From the NCBI RefSeq assembly GCF_006345805.1, contig NC_043008.1:56358001-56422000 (forward strand): a DNA stretch of 64,000 bases, read 5' to 3'. This DNA comes from Octopus sinensis. Its lineage: Eukaryota. The stretch's first letter is position 1; each line of letters starts with the position of its first letter. Under the pieces are notes generated by a model. It ran no database searches. It had not been told where the DNA came from and saw nothing but the letters and a program-made list of their open reading frames with translations. Below are positions 53,199 to 64,000 of this stretch, in pieces. The translations under genes and the position numbers were made by a program.

Positions 53199-54189
53199 TG
53201 TTGTTGCTGTTAAATTGTATGAGTAAATATATTAATGCCATGGGTACGATCTTAAACCGCATCCATTAGTGAAATCCTGGTTAAGGAGTTCCAGGGCTCT
53301 AGAAGTTTCGAATTACCTCTTTTAGGCACCTTTGCTGCCGGTTTTCGGTTAGTTATTATGTTACTGGAAAGAACTCCAAGCACAATCCCCACTGCCTTGT
53401 AAATGCTTTGGGAAAGTAAAAGACTAGAGGAGGGTCAAATTGACAGCAAATCAAGGAGTGTAGTTCCTTAGGGGGTCCGGTGCTCTCTTTGACTCCATTC
53501 CAGTAATTCCATGATAGGTGGAAAGCTTGAATCATGTAAGGTAATTTTACCAACGAAAGTGGGGACCACTCCAAGGTAAAACCTACAGCTTGCTGGTCAC
53601 CACAGCCGTCCGAGCTCACTGAACCACTTTAGATTTCCAAGACTCAAGAGTGGGGGTCAGACTGCACTGATTGAGTCTCATGTTAACACTACTAAGCACA
53701 GACATGAAGAAAAATCCAGTAGCGTCAAGGATCAGCTTTCATAGCCAATTGAGGCCGTGCCGATCTTCCTCATGATCTTCAAACATGAAGAAACTGTCAT
53801 CATCGCAAAAACATTTACTGATACTCATTTTGCTTGCAGTAACTCTGGTCCTGGTCCCTCTGCATAATATAATCTATTTGCAATTAGAATTTCAAATTCA
53901 TAAAAGCATATTCAGAGTTAGTTTCTTGTTTTCTTTTCTGTAATATTTATAGCAATTTATCGTGTTAACCACGGTGTCAAAGTGCCCTCTCTTGAGGCAT
54001 TAACAAAAAAAAAAAAAAATAGGTCCGGGGTGTTTTGAAGAAATTTGTCCAATGAACATTTGAATTTTATGGGCTCCGTTTCCGTTTTGACGTATTTGAC
54101 GTACGGTATTTAAGACAGCTGGTTGAGGTAAAGTAGTTGTGACGTAATGTTGCTATGTGTACTGAGTTCGATTTTTTGTAGTGGGCGGA

Positions 54190-54860
54190 TAGCATGGGGG
54201 CCAAGTATTGCGTGGATTTCAAAATTGATGCCAACATCATTTGTGCAATATTGATGGAATATTTTCCACATCACACAAATGGTGTAGCGTTCCCAGCGGC
54301 GTTGGAGAGAAAAGAGGTTGTGATTTTTTTAGTCAAGCCCAATAGTCAATGCCTCTCATGCCGTCTATCTTTCTTGTTATTGACCTCTGGCGTGCTTCCC
54401 CCTTCATAATGAGTTGTTTCGTATGGGGGGAGGGCACAGTGGGCAACAGCATTCAAGGTGGGGTCGGGAAAAAGTTGAGCAGAGATGGTATAGGCATCTC
54501 TAAACTGGAAAGTTCTCAGAATCCAAGAGCATAATCTGCGGGCCAAGTCAACCTTGCTGTTTACATGGGAACTCCAGCTTAGATTGTTATCAACAATTAT
54601 TCCAGGGTCTCCGGTGTTGTTGGATGACACTAGGGAGTTGCCGGAGGGAAAAGCCTACGGTAATTTCAGAGTATCCTCTTTTCCAAAGTGGATCAAATCA
54701 AACTCATCTCCATTTAGAAGCATATTGTTTTTTCTGCCCCTTGGACAACAGCAAACAGATCTGACTGAAGGCATGTTCGATCTCCCATGCAGTTTATGGC
54801 TTTCTGGAGTTTGGAATCATCTGCAAAGATTTTCAATGCAGAATGAATGTTTGATAATAT
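54190..54860 (-). pseudogene. CR1/L2-type LINE RT C-terminal relic
   Basis: Translates to LKIFADDSKL..DRTCLQSDL and DPGIIVDNNLSWSSHVNSKVDLARRLCSWILRTF. Frameshifted. Confidence 0.88.
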
Positions 54861-54883
54861 CTTCACACACACACATACACACA

Positions 54884-54949
<66 letters not shown>

Positions 54950-55030
54950 GGTTATATATCACTATGTCTATCTGTTTATCTGTCTATCGACCTGTCTATA
55001 TCTATGTGTCTTTTGTATTCTTTACAATAG

Positions 55031-55182
55031 GTGAATCAATTGAAGATGCATGCACGCGAGAAATATTGGAACAAGTGAATCTCGATGTTGTGAAAGTTGA
55101 ATATCATTCTAGCCAACCGTGGCCATACCCTGTGGTACTCCTGGTCGGGTGCACTGTTCATGTGGCAACCGAAGTTGTTAAG
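55031..55182 (+). CDS. NUDT12: NUDT12-like exon: Nudix box and SQPWP motif
   Basis: [33 protein letters not shown]; TAG acceptor in phase 1, GTAGGT donor in phase 0. Confidence 0.96.
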
Positions 55183-55263
55183 GTAGGTACAAAACCTCTG
55201 GGGTACTTGATTATAAATATGTATATATGTATACCTTTATTCATATACACATACATACATACG

Positions 55264-55365
<102 letters not shown>

Positions 55366-56381
55366 TTGTTACTTTTCATTTGTCTTGCTCGCTTACGTTT
55401 CTGGTGTTTGCTAAATTTTCTAGAGAACAATTCTTAGTGGTTAAGACCATAGCGGATCTTCTTCTAGCATAAGGGTTTCCACATAGTGGTAAATTCCCTC
55501 TTATATTTATGTATGTAATACTATTTACTGAACCTCAAATATTTTATGTGCTAGACCACTGGTGTTAAAATTGATGTTATCAAATTAATATCCAATTTTT
55601 CACCCCCATTTTAATTTTAATATATATATATATATACACATATATACATATATATGTATGTATACAGTTTCGCTTAGGCGACCGCATACACACACATGCA
55701 TTTGTATACATATGTGTGTTCGTGCGTGTGTATATATAGATATATGTATGCGTGTGTGTGTATGTGTATGATTATGTTTTTTGTCCTTCTATTACTTGAC
55801 AACCGTTAATGGTTTGCTTACACCCTCGTAACTTAGCGGATCGGCATAAATACCGATAGAATAAGCACCAGACTTAAAATGTATGTACTGGGGTCGATTT
55901 TTTCCCCCACTAAATCCTCTTCAACGCGATGCTCCAGCATGACCATAGTATAATGACTCAAACGAGTAAAAGATAAAATATAAAAGATCGGAGGACCCAA
56001 GGATACGGGTGACCGCAGAAGCGAAAGTGGCTTGCCACTAGTCCAAGTGATCATGAACAAAAAGACAGAAGAATTGACCGTTGAGCAAGGCTCTCCCTCA
56101 TCGTAGTTAAAAGTCCAGCATTAGTCAGAACTGAAAATCTCGGACTCCGAATTACACGGAGGATCTTTCATTGCGGAAGTCGGAGTTTCCTGCACGTTTG
56201 CGGCAATGACAATGAAATACCGTCGCTTCCGTAATCTTTACATTTGTGACGGCACATAGCATCTGTAATAGGCGCACACACACACAAACACACACACACG
56301 TAAATAAAAACACACATGTACTCATATATGCATATACATGCACAGTCACGTTTATATATATAGACAAACATGTCAATCAGT

Positions 56382-56417
<36 letters not shown>

Positions 56418-56744
56418 GTGACTGTGTGTCTGTCTACTAGTCTCTCTCTGTCTGTTTACATATATATATGCACCACTTTTTACGGGCGACATGCTTTCTT
56501 GTTCATATGTACTTTATCCCACGCATCGAGGCTGTTGACTTCTCTCATCACGTTTTCCTTCCTATGGTATCAGCACAGAAAAAAGAGAAGTAAAAGAAAA
56601 TGCATTCACACACAGGCTGTTTTCATTCCCACGACTCTTTATTACATTAAAACTTTAACATTTGTCACAGCTAGGTATGTGCTCAGTGTTAACAACAACA
56701 ACAACAACAACAGCAGCAGCAGCAACAACAACAACAACAACAAC

Positions 56745-56808
<64 letters not shown>

Positions 56809-57111
56809 GACAAGTTCTCTTAACCTGAATAAGAATTGCAGGGCACTTGTAAATTATTATGGTATACTCTTGTACTGGGCGTTTTCCACCTAATTTAAAT
56901 TATGTTGGACATACCTCTGCTCTTATGTTTTATGTTTCCAACTCCAAGATACAAAGCATACATTTCTTCCGCTAAGTAATTTGCTTTTATAGTAAACCCT
57001 ATGCTCGTACCTGAAAACAAATACTCGTTTCTCTTCTGCCTCGCACTACCAGTCAAGAGTCGCGAGAGATACCTCTAGTCATTTTGTTCGATACTCGAAT
57101 TTTGCCAATCC

Positions 57112-57625
57112 GCCAATAACAAAGCAACCTATTTCTTTACTACTCACAAGGGGCTAAACACAGAGGCCAATAACAAAGCAACCTATTTCTTTACTACCCA
57201 CAAGGGGCTAAACACAGAGGCCAATAACAAAGTAACCTATTTCTTTACTACCCACAAGGGGCTAAACACAGAGAGGACAAACAAGAACAGACAAACGGAG
57301 TAAGTCGATTATATCGACCCCAGTGCGTAACTGGTAGTTATTTAATCGACCCCGAAAGGATGAAAGGCAAAGTCGACCTCGGCGGAATTTTGAACTGAGA
57401 ACGTATCGGCAGACGAAATACCTATTTCTTTACTACCCACAAGGGGCTAAACACAGGGAGGACAAACAAGGACAGACAAACGGATTAAGTTGATTACATC
57501 GACCCCATTGCATAACTGGTACTTATTTAATCGATGCCGAAAGGATGAAAGGCAAAGTCGACCTCGGCGGAATTTGAACTCAGAGCGTAAAGACGAGCGA
57601 AATACTGTTAAGCATTTTGCCCGGT

Positions 57626-57628
<3 letters not shown>
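57112..57628 (-). mobile_element. SINE B tandem dimer with triplicated 54-bp 3' end
   Basis: Same junction at about 57410; CCAATAACAAAG(C/T)AACCTATTTCTTTACTAC..GGGGCTAAACACAGAG x3. Confidence 0.88.
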
Positions 57629-57695
<67 letters not shown>

Positions 57696-57768
57696 TAGTT
57701 TCTGGTACCTCATTCTTTTAAAACAAATGTTATTTTTTTTACTATTTTCTTTGCTTCCTTTTTTGCAG

Positions 57769-57927
57769 GTTAACGAAGAAGAACTAAAAGATGCCACTTG
57801 GTTCCATTTCTCCGAAGCTGAACTCATGATTAAAGGCAAACACGAAGACGGTTACAAAGTACCATCTAAACAAACACTAACTTACCAACTTCTAGATTCC
57901 TGGTTGGAAACTCATAGGGATGAGTAA
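57769..57927 (+). CDS. NUDT12: NUDT12-like terminal exon (VNEEELKDATWF..YQLLDSWLETHRDE*)
   Basis: Polypyrimidine-CAG acceptor in phase 0. ELKDATWF matches EIEDARWF. TAA stop at 57925. Confidence 0.95.
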   Translation, partial: VNEEELKDATWFHFSEAELMIKGKHEDGYKVPSKQTLTYQLLDSWLETHRDE

Positions 57928-58458
57928 AAGAATCGATGATACGAAAGAATTTCGAGGAAAATTTTCTAGAATCAAAATAATGCTGTTACCGGTTAAAGAA
58001 TGTGATATGAAGAAGAGGAAGAAGGAGGAAAGAAAATATCAATAGATGGATATTACGTGAATTTTACTCCTTAAATCTTAGAGGGTCAATTGTAAAGCCG
58101 ACGGTGAAACACGAAATGAGAAATCTGGTTCTTAACTTACATACATGTCTGCATACATACATTCATACCTACATACCTACATACATGCATACATACATGC
58201 ATGCATACATACATACATACATGCAACTTGCAGGCATAAATACACATAATACACACATATGCAGGCACAGACACAAACACACATATATATATATACAGAC
58301 ATGTGTGTGTGTATCTATACGAATATATAATATATAATAATCATAAATATATGCTATACTTTATGCATATTTACATGTCTGTATTTATGTATGTATGTAT
58401 ATCTATGAGTATATATCTTGGCTCGATACGCGAACATTCATAAAATAATTGATACACA

Positions 58459-58521
<63 letters not shown>

Positions 58522-58629
58522 CCCCCCTTCTCTCTCCCCCTCTCACACACACATATGGACATAACATTGCAATTTCGATTTGCTATACTCAGCGGACAAG
58601 AACATCTGTTAAATTAGCCCGGATAAAAG

Positions 58630-59270
58630 AAAAACGGAACGTTAAATGAAGCTTTATTGTTTAATACGGAGTTGGTGCACCTTTAGTATCCATCACAGTT
58701 TTAATACGACTTGTACAGGTTCTTGAAAAGTTGTTAAGGGAACTTGAAACCACTCACCGACTAAAACGTGCTTTAGCTCTTACATCGGTTTTGGCACAGT
58801 GAAGTTCCTTGCTTAATGCTCTAAAATGCATCACAAATCTTCGATTATATTGAGATCTGGTGATTGTGGAGGTCAATCCAGATAGATAACTTTACTTCTG
58901 TGCCCTTCGTATCTGCTTTGAGCGCTTTATTGTCCTGAAAGATTGCGCTACGACCAGGGAACAATGTTTGTATCATTGGGTAGACATGATCAGCCAAAAT
59001 ACTCTGATAACCCCTTACGTTAACTCTGCCTTCTGGAACAACTAAAAGGCCAAGAAAATCCTCATATAAGGGTTGCCTTCATGTTCCACGGTAAATGCTA
59101 AACAGCCAGAGTTGAAGGTACTTTTGGTTTATATCGAAACATAGACTTGCCCTGAAACGGGAAATAGGGTAATTGCCAAGTCATCAGAAAAAGGAAATTA
59201 TTCCTAGCTTCGACATTTACTAACATAACCAAGTGTTCCAACAATTATTGGAGTAAATGTCAATTTATAA
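58630..59270 (-). mobile_element. Tc1-like transposon relic
   Basis: Minus strand D*PPQSPDLNIIEDL*CILEH, a decayed WPPQSPDLNIIEHLW motif. Confidence 0.75.
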
Positions 59271-59334
59271 TCAGAGTAGAGCTCTAGATTTTGAAGCAGT
59301 TGTTTATATATATAATATATATATATAATATATA

Positions 59335-59374
<40 letters not shown>

Positions 59375-59509
59375 TATATATATATATATATTTCTTTACT
59401 ACCCACAAGGGGCTAAACACAGAGAGGACAAACAAGGACATATATATATAAACTATATATATATATATATATACATGCATGAATATGTGTGTGTGTGTAT
59501 GTGTGTATA

Positions 59510-59690
59510 TTCTCCTTCTTATTAATTTTGTAAGAGAACGTCACATCTGGAGGGCAGCTGACCTCTATGAATGTACATGACTTCATTCTTTTTTTTATGC
59601 CAAATAACTATATCTGGCCAGTTATGCTTGAACTTGCTAGAAGTGTTGATGGGAATATTCCTCCAAAAATCCCTTACATTGATCAGTGAT
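59510..59690 (-). pseudogene. Restriction-like endonuclease domain relic of an R2/R4/NeSL-type non-LTR retrotransposon
   Basis: FWRNIPINTSSKFKHNWPDIVIWHKKKNE, then after a frameshift IEVSCPPDVT..K, matching W..PI.T...HNRPDIVI.DK....IEV.CP.D. Confidence 0.78.
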
Positions 59691-60239
59691 TGTGCGTGCG
59701 CGTATGTGTGTGTTAATGCTATTACTCCAAAGGACACTTCTTCGTATCCTTACAAAAACATGAAAGGAAGCATGAAATGAAACGCACCGTTCCTTTTTCT
59801 CTCTGGACTAATTTCACAGATGTTAATGTCCGCCGAGTACCGCAAAGCGAAATTCAAAGAAGCACTCTCCGTTGAAGCAAAACTGTGGCAGTAACAAGAA
59901 CCACAACAAGAAGAACAATGACAACGGGCAATAATCAATAACAACAACGACAACAACATCAAGAACAATAATGATAATAGTTTCTTTTATTAGCCACTGG
60001 GGCATCCATGAGGGGGGACACCGCAAGAAACAGAGAAATATTTCTTTAATTATTGAACACAAGGGCGAAAAATGAGGGCACTTAATGATAAATTACGTAT
60101 AAAATAACGGTGGGGATAAAAGGAAAAACAAGCATAAGAACACAATCATGAAAAACAATACCATCATCATCATCATCATCATCATCAACAACAACAACAA
60201 CAACCACAACAACAATAACAACAACAACAGTAACAATAA

Positions 60240-61760
60240 TGATTTCAAACTTTGGTACAAGGCCAGCAAATTCGAGGAGGGGGTAAGCAGCTTGCATAGA
60301 CCCTATTACTCAACTGGTACTTGTTTTATCGACCCCGAAAAGATGAAAGGCAAAGTCGACCTCTGCGGAATTTGAACTCAGAACGTAAAGACGGACGAAA
60401 TGCCGCTAAGCATTTCGCTCGACGCGCTAGTGATTCTGCCAGCTTGCCGCCTTAACAACAACAACGACTACAACAACAACAACAACAACAATAATAATTG
60501 TAATAATGAGAATGATAGTAATTTAATGTTTTAGCATAATATTATATATATATATAATAACAATAAACTTTGAATGGACACATGTCACAGATACAACGGA
60601 ATCTACTGTAATCACCCCAGGAATACGGACTGTGATCTTAAGAGTCATGTAACTTGTGGAAACGCGCGTAGTGATGCATTAAATTTTTGTGAATTACATC
60701 CACGGATTATTGTTACTACTATTGTATTTATTCTATATTATATCGGTACAGCTCAATGCAACTGTGGCCGGCATAATGGAGTTTGAGCTTTATTTGCATA
60801 TTTAAAACGTTTCCCGTAAACAAATACATAAACACATACATGCGTATACATATACATATATATATGTATAAATATGTTCTGCTGAGGTTTTTAGAGGCTT
60901 TAGTGTAAATAATTTTTGAATAAATTACTTCATAATTTATAAAATGTCTTTCATTGTTATTATAAATACTATTTTCCTTTTAATGATCTTGTCAAGAAAG
61001 AGGCCTCTGCAGTTGATAAGCAGAAAGGATGAATAATGGGTTCAAATGTTTGCATTCCAACAGAGTGGATTGTACTAAAATAAACCAAGGGCTAGATGGT
61101 TGTGTTAAACCGGGCAAACGGATTAAGGGTACAACCCATGAGATAAATGGAAACGTTTATTTTCGTCTGCACGATTCCCGATTACCAAAATTTTATTCAG
61201 AAAGATTTTGATATGAATCTATGGTGGAAATCACTTGTCCAAAGTTCTACGCAGCAGGATTTATCTTGAAGTTACGCAGATGCGAAGCGAACTTCATAAC
61301 ATTATAGCAATATTTTCGTCTAAAACGTTTCAAATATCGTTTTCAAGTTTTGGTACAAGACCAGCAATTTTGAGGAGAATGGGGAGTCTATTATATTGAC
61401 ACCAGTGCTCAAACGGAATTTATTTTATCGACCCCGAAAAGATAAAATAGAATTTGAGCTCAGGACGTAAAGAGACGAAATAAATGCTGTTAAGTATTTT
61501 GTCCAACACGCTCACGGTTCTGCTAACTGCCTTATATTGCTTCAAATTTTGGCACAGACCAGCGTTTTAGAGAAAGGGGCTAAGTCTATTACATCGATAT
61601 TACATCGCTCAAATAGTACTTATTTTTATCCACTTATTTTTGCGAAAGGATGAAAGGCAAAATCGACCCGGGCGGAATCTGAACTCAGAACGAAAAGACA
61701 GACGAAATGCCGCTAAGCATTTCGACCATCGTGCTAACGATTCTGCCAGCTTGCCACCTA
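60240..61760 (-). mobile_element. Cluster of three SINE B-related copies (60240-60452, 61340-61530, 61545-61760)
   Basis: Each has TTTATCGACCCCGAAAAG or AAAGGATGAAAGGCAAA and the TGCCAGCTTGCC(G/A)CCT head. Confidence 0.8.
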
Positions 61761-61762
61761 AA

Positions 61763-61829
<67 letters not shown>

Positions 61830-62299
61830 TAGTTGAACAATATGGTGCCTTTATTTTAATGGTGACCGATGTATAGAGTGAGTTTCTTTGCCCTAGGTCT
61901 CGGGAAAACACCCAGCAAGAAATGGAAAGAAAATTGAAAGAAGCGGATAATGACAATAATAATAATATTGCATATTGTAATAGTCGATTTCATGTAAAAG
62001 TCGACTCCTTGTTTTTGGTAAAAAAATCGGAAATTTTCCATAGATTCTGTATAAAAGTTTCACGACAACAATTATGGGTCAAGTTACCGTATCATCCTGT
62101 ACGTACAAATAACACTGTTACAAAATTGTGTGGCTACCTTATTGTAGCCTGCTCTATAGGTGGAATGCTTGGTGATTATAATGGAATTCTAGGTGCTTAT
62201 TGTAAAACACCATTTAATAGCAAGCACTACATATCTGTTGATGGGTGCTACACCACCATTACTAAAATGTATGTACAGGATATGCATACATCTTCAAGG

Positions 62300-62655
62300 T
62301 CAATAAACACATGCGTCATACACTCGTTGTTTACATGGCGAGAAACGTGTTTCACAGACAACGCTATTGGCGAACACAGGCAAACGCCACTGTCTGAATC
62401 CGTACAAAGGCATGACTTTGGTAAGCCTAAAAAACATTCAATTAATCGCTAGATCCTATGGTTCCCATGCGACCTTATATTTTCCTCATCTCCAAATACA
62501 ATAAACATATGCGTCATACACTCGTCTGTTTACATGGTAAGAAGTGTGTTTCGCAGACACCACTATCGGCAAACAACAGCAAGCACCACTCTGTGAATTC
62601 GTACAGAGTCATGACTTTGGTAAGCCTAAAAACATTTAGTTAATCGGTAGATCAG
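62300..62655. repeat. Two ~155-bp direct repeats (62300-62456, 62500-62655)
   Basis: CAATAAACA(C/T)ATGCGTCATACACTCG..CATGACTTTGGTAAGCCTAAAAA..TTAATCG(C/G)TAGATC. Confidence 0.9.
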
Positions 62656-62770
62656 TGGTTCCTAAATTTTTTTACTGCGGAATACTTAGACATTATTTTT
62701 AAAAATGTGGAAACATTGATAACTTCCAGGGTACCCTGGCGTTTTGCAGAACACACTTTAGGAATCCCTG
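62653..62770. mobile_element. hAT (Charlie-like) MITE
   Basis: TIRs CAGTGGTTCCTAAA and TTTAGGAATCCCTG. The 8-bp flanks CGGTAGAT and CTCCAGAT are a possible decayed TSD. Confidence 0.6.
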
Positions 62771-63011
62771 CTCCAGATTAACAACTCTTCACCATATTAT
62801 GGACATTTACTGGTAACGGCACATGACATTCTGCAACTTTTTTGTTTTCATTTTTGTTGGGGGACAACATATACACAGAACCCGACACATTGTTTACCTT
62901 ATAAGCATCGTGTGACGAATGCATTCCACGAAATGTAAAATGATCGTGAGCGTGAATACGATAGCACCTGGGCCGAAATGCATTAACGTATATTATTACT
63001 GTAAGTTTCAT

Positions 63012-63295
63012 TGTTTGTTCCTTCTCGAGCCACGCCTGGCTCATAAGGGCCGGTTTCCCGGTTTCCTTGGCGTACAGGTACCCCACCTAGACGGGACGCC
63101 GGTCCGTCGCAGTTGAGCTGCAAGATGCAGGAGGAAAGAGTTTGAGAAAGTTGTGGCGAAAGAGTCAGTAGAAGTTCGCCACTACCCTCTGTCGGAGCCG
63201 CGTGGAGGTTAGGTGTTCCGCTCACAAACACACAAATCGCCCGGTCTGAGATTCGAACCCGCAAACCCGCTGCTCTAACAACTAGGCCATGTGTA
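63012..63295 (-). mobile_element. SINE family C, tail type 2, with 14-bp TSD
   Basis: ACTGTAAGTTTCAT at 62998-63011 and 63300-63313. Confidence 0.9.
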
Positions 63296-63677
63296 AGAAA
63301 CTGTAAGTTTCATACTGATCTATCTTATATTACAGCGCTTGTTTCATAGCATAACATAATTTGTACCGATATTCCTTCTGCTTTAATGCAGGACTCGATT
63401 TGATATGCAGCTTTTGACGATTCCTCCCAGCTACAATGAACTATGGGACTATATGGGAGTCAAACAGATAACTTTTATCACGGAAAAATAGCTTAAAATG
63501 TTATGGCAATTTAAATATTAAAAAAGCACGGGAGAAAACAGAGGGCCATGAAAGAATTTGGCGTGAAAATTTATATATATCATGTCAGAGTCGGGATTTT
63601 AAAAAATCAGATCAGAGTCAGGTTATAATGGCTCTTTGCAGCTCAGTTGACTTCTGTTTCCATATAGCACACGTGGA

Positions 63678-64000
63678 GTACAGTCGTGTACTTGAAGGTT
63701 TAAAATTTCTCCGTCATTTTACGTAAAAATTTCCCCCAGAAAAAAACCCCTACAATTATATAGCAGCGTTTAAACTAAAAGTAATTGAAGTTGCTGAGGA
63801 GACAAGTAAGTGTGTAGCAGCAAGAGAATTTTGTGTTTCAGAGAAACTTGTGAGAGACTGGAGAAAGATATCAAACAATGCTAAAAAAAAAAAAGATGTG
63901 CGAACAGGAAAAACCTAGCAAGTCGCCATAATTGGAGAAAACAGTTGCAGGGTGGGTACTTGAAAATCGTCAAAGTGAAAAGTGTGTTACCTGTGAAGCC
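63678..64000 (+). mobile_element. pogo-like transposase N-terminus (Brinker-type DBD plus CENP-B HTH), defective, runs off the window
   Basis: From 63757: YIAAFKLKVIEVAEETSKCVAAREFCVSEKLVRDWRK..P*LEKTVAGWVLENRQ. A TA-CAGT candidate terminus lies near 63679. Confidence 0.8.

Noticed and set aside
61922-62452. 176-aa ORF
   Set aside because: Runs through an (AAT)n tract and a duplicated repeat, with no recognisable domain or splice structure.

Overview
AT-rich, microsatellite-dense animal DNA. The SINE, MITE and LINE content strongly suggests Octopus (inference from recognised repeat families). There is one 100-N gap at 41646-41745. One protein-coding gene can be supported: a + strand, multi-exon NUDT12-type ankyrin/zinc-finger/Nudix NADH pyrophosphatase, with exons at 38968, 50941, 52643, 55031 and 57769 and a probable first exon at 23152. 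One ankyrin exon is missing, probably in the gap. Its Nudix box is naturally degenerate (REILEQVNL versus the consensus REUXEEXGU) and it has no PTS1. The rest is transposon debris: three tRNA-derived SINE families, CR1/L2-like, RTE-like and RLE-type LINE relics, and Tc1, mariner, pogo, hAT, Helentron-like and piggyBac-like pieces. The most unexpected signal is a set of about 13 type I hammerhead ribozyme motifs, found by hand-folding, in four to five unrelated non-coding repeat families that mostly abut (TA)n tracts. They occur as a tandem two-ribozyme unit predicting a 489-nt monomer (retrozyme-like), as head-to-head foldbacks with a ribozyme in each arm, and as minimal Penelope-type ribozymes, one family of which carries a recurrent non-canonical core. 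Almost all ORFs in the supplied track are microsatellite artefacts.
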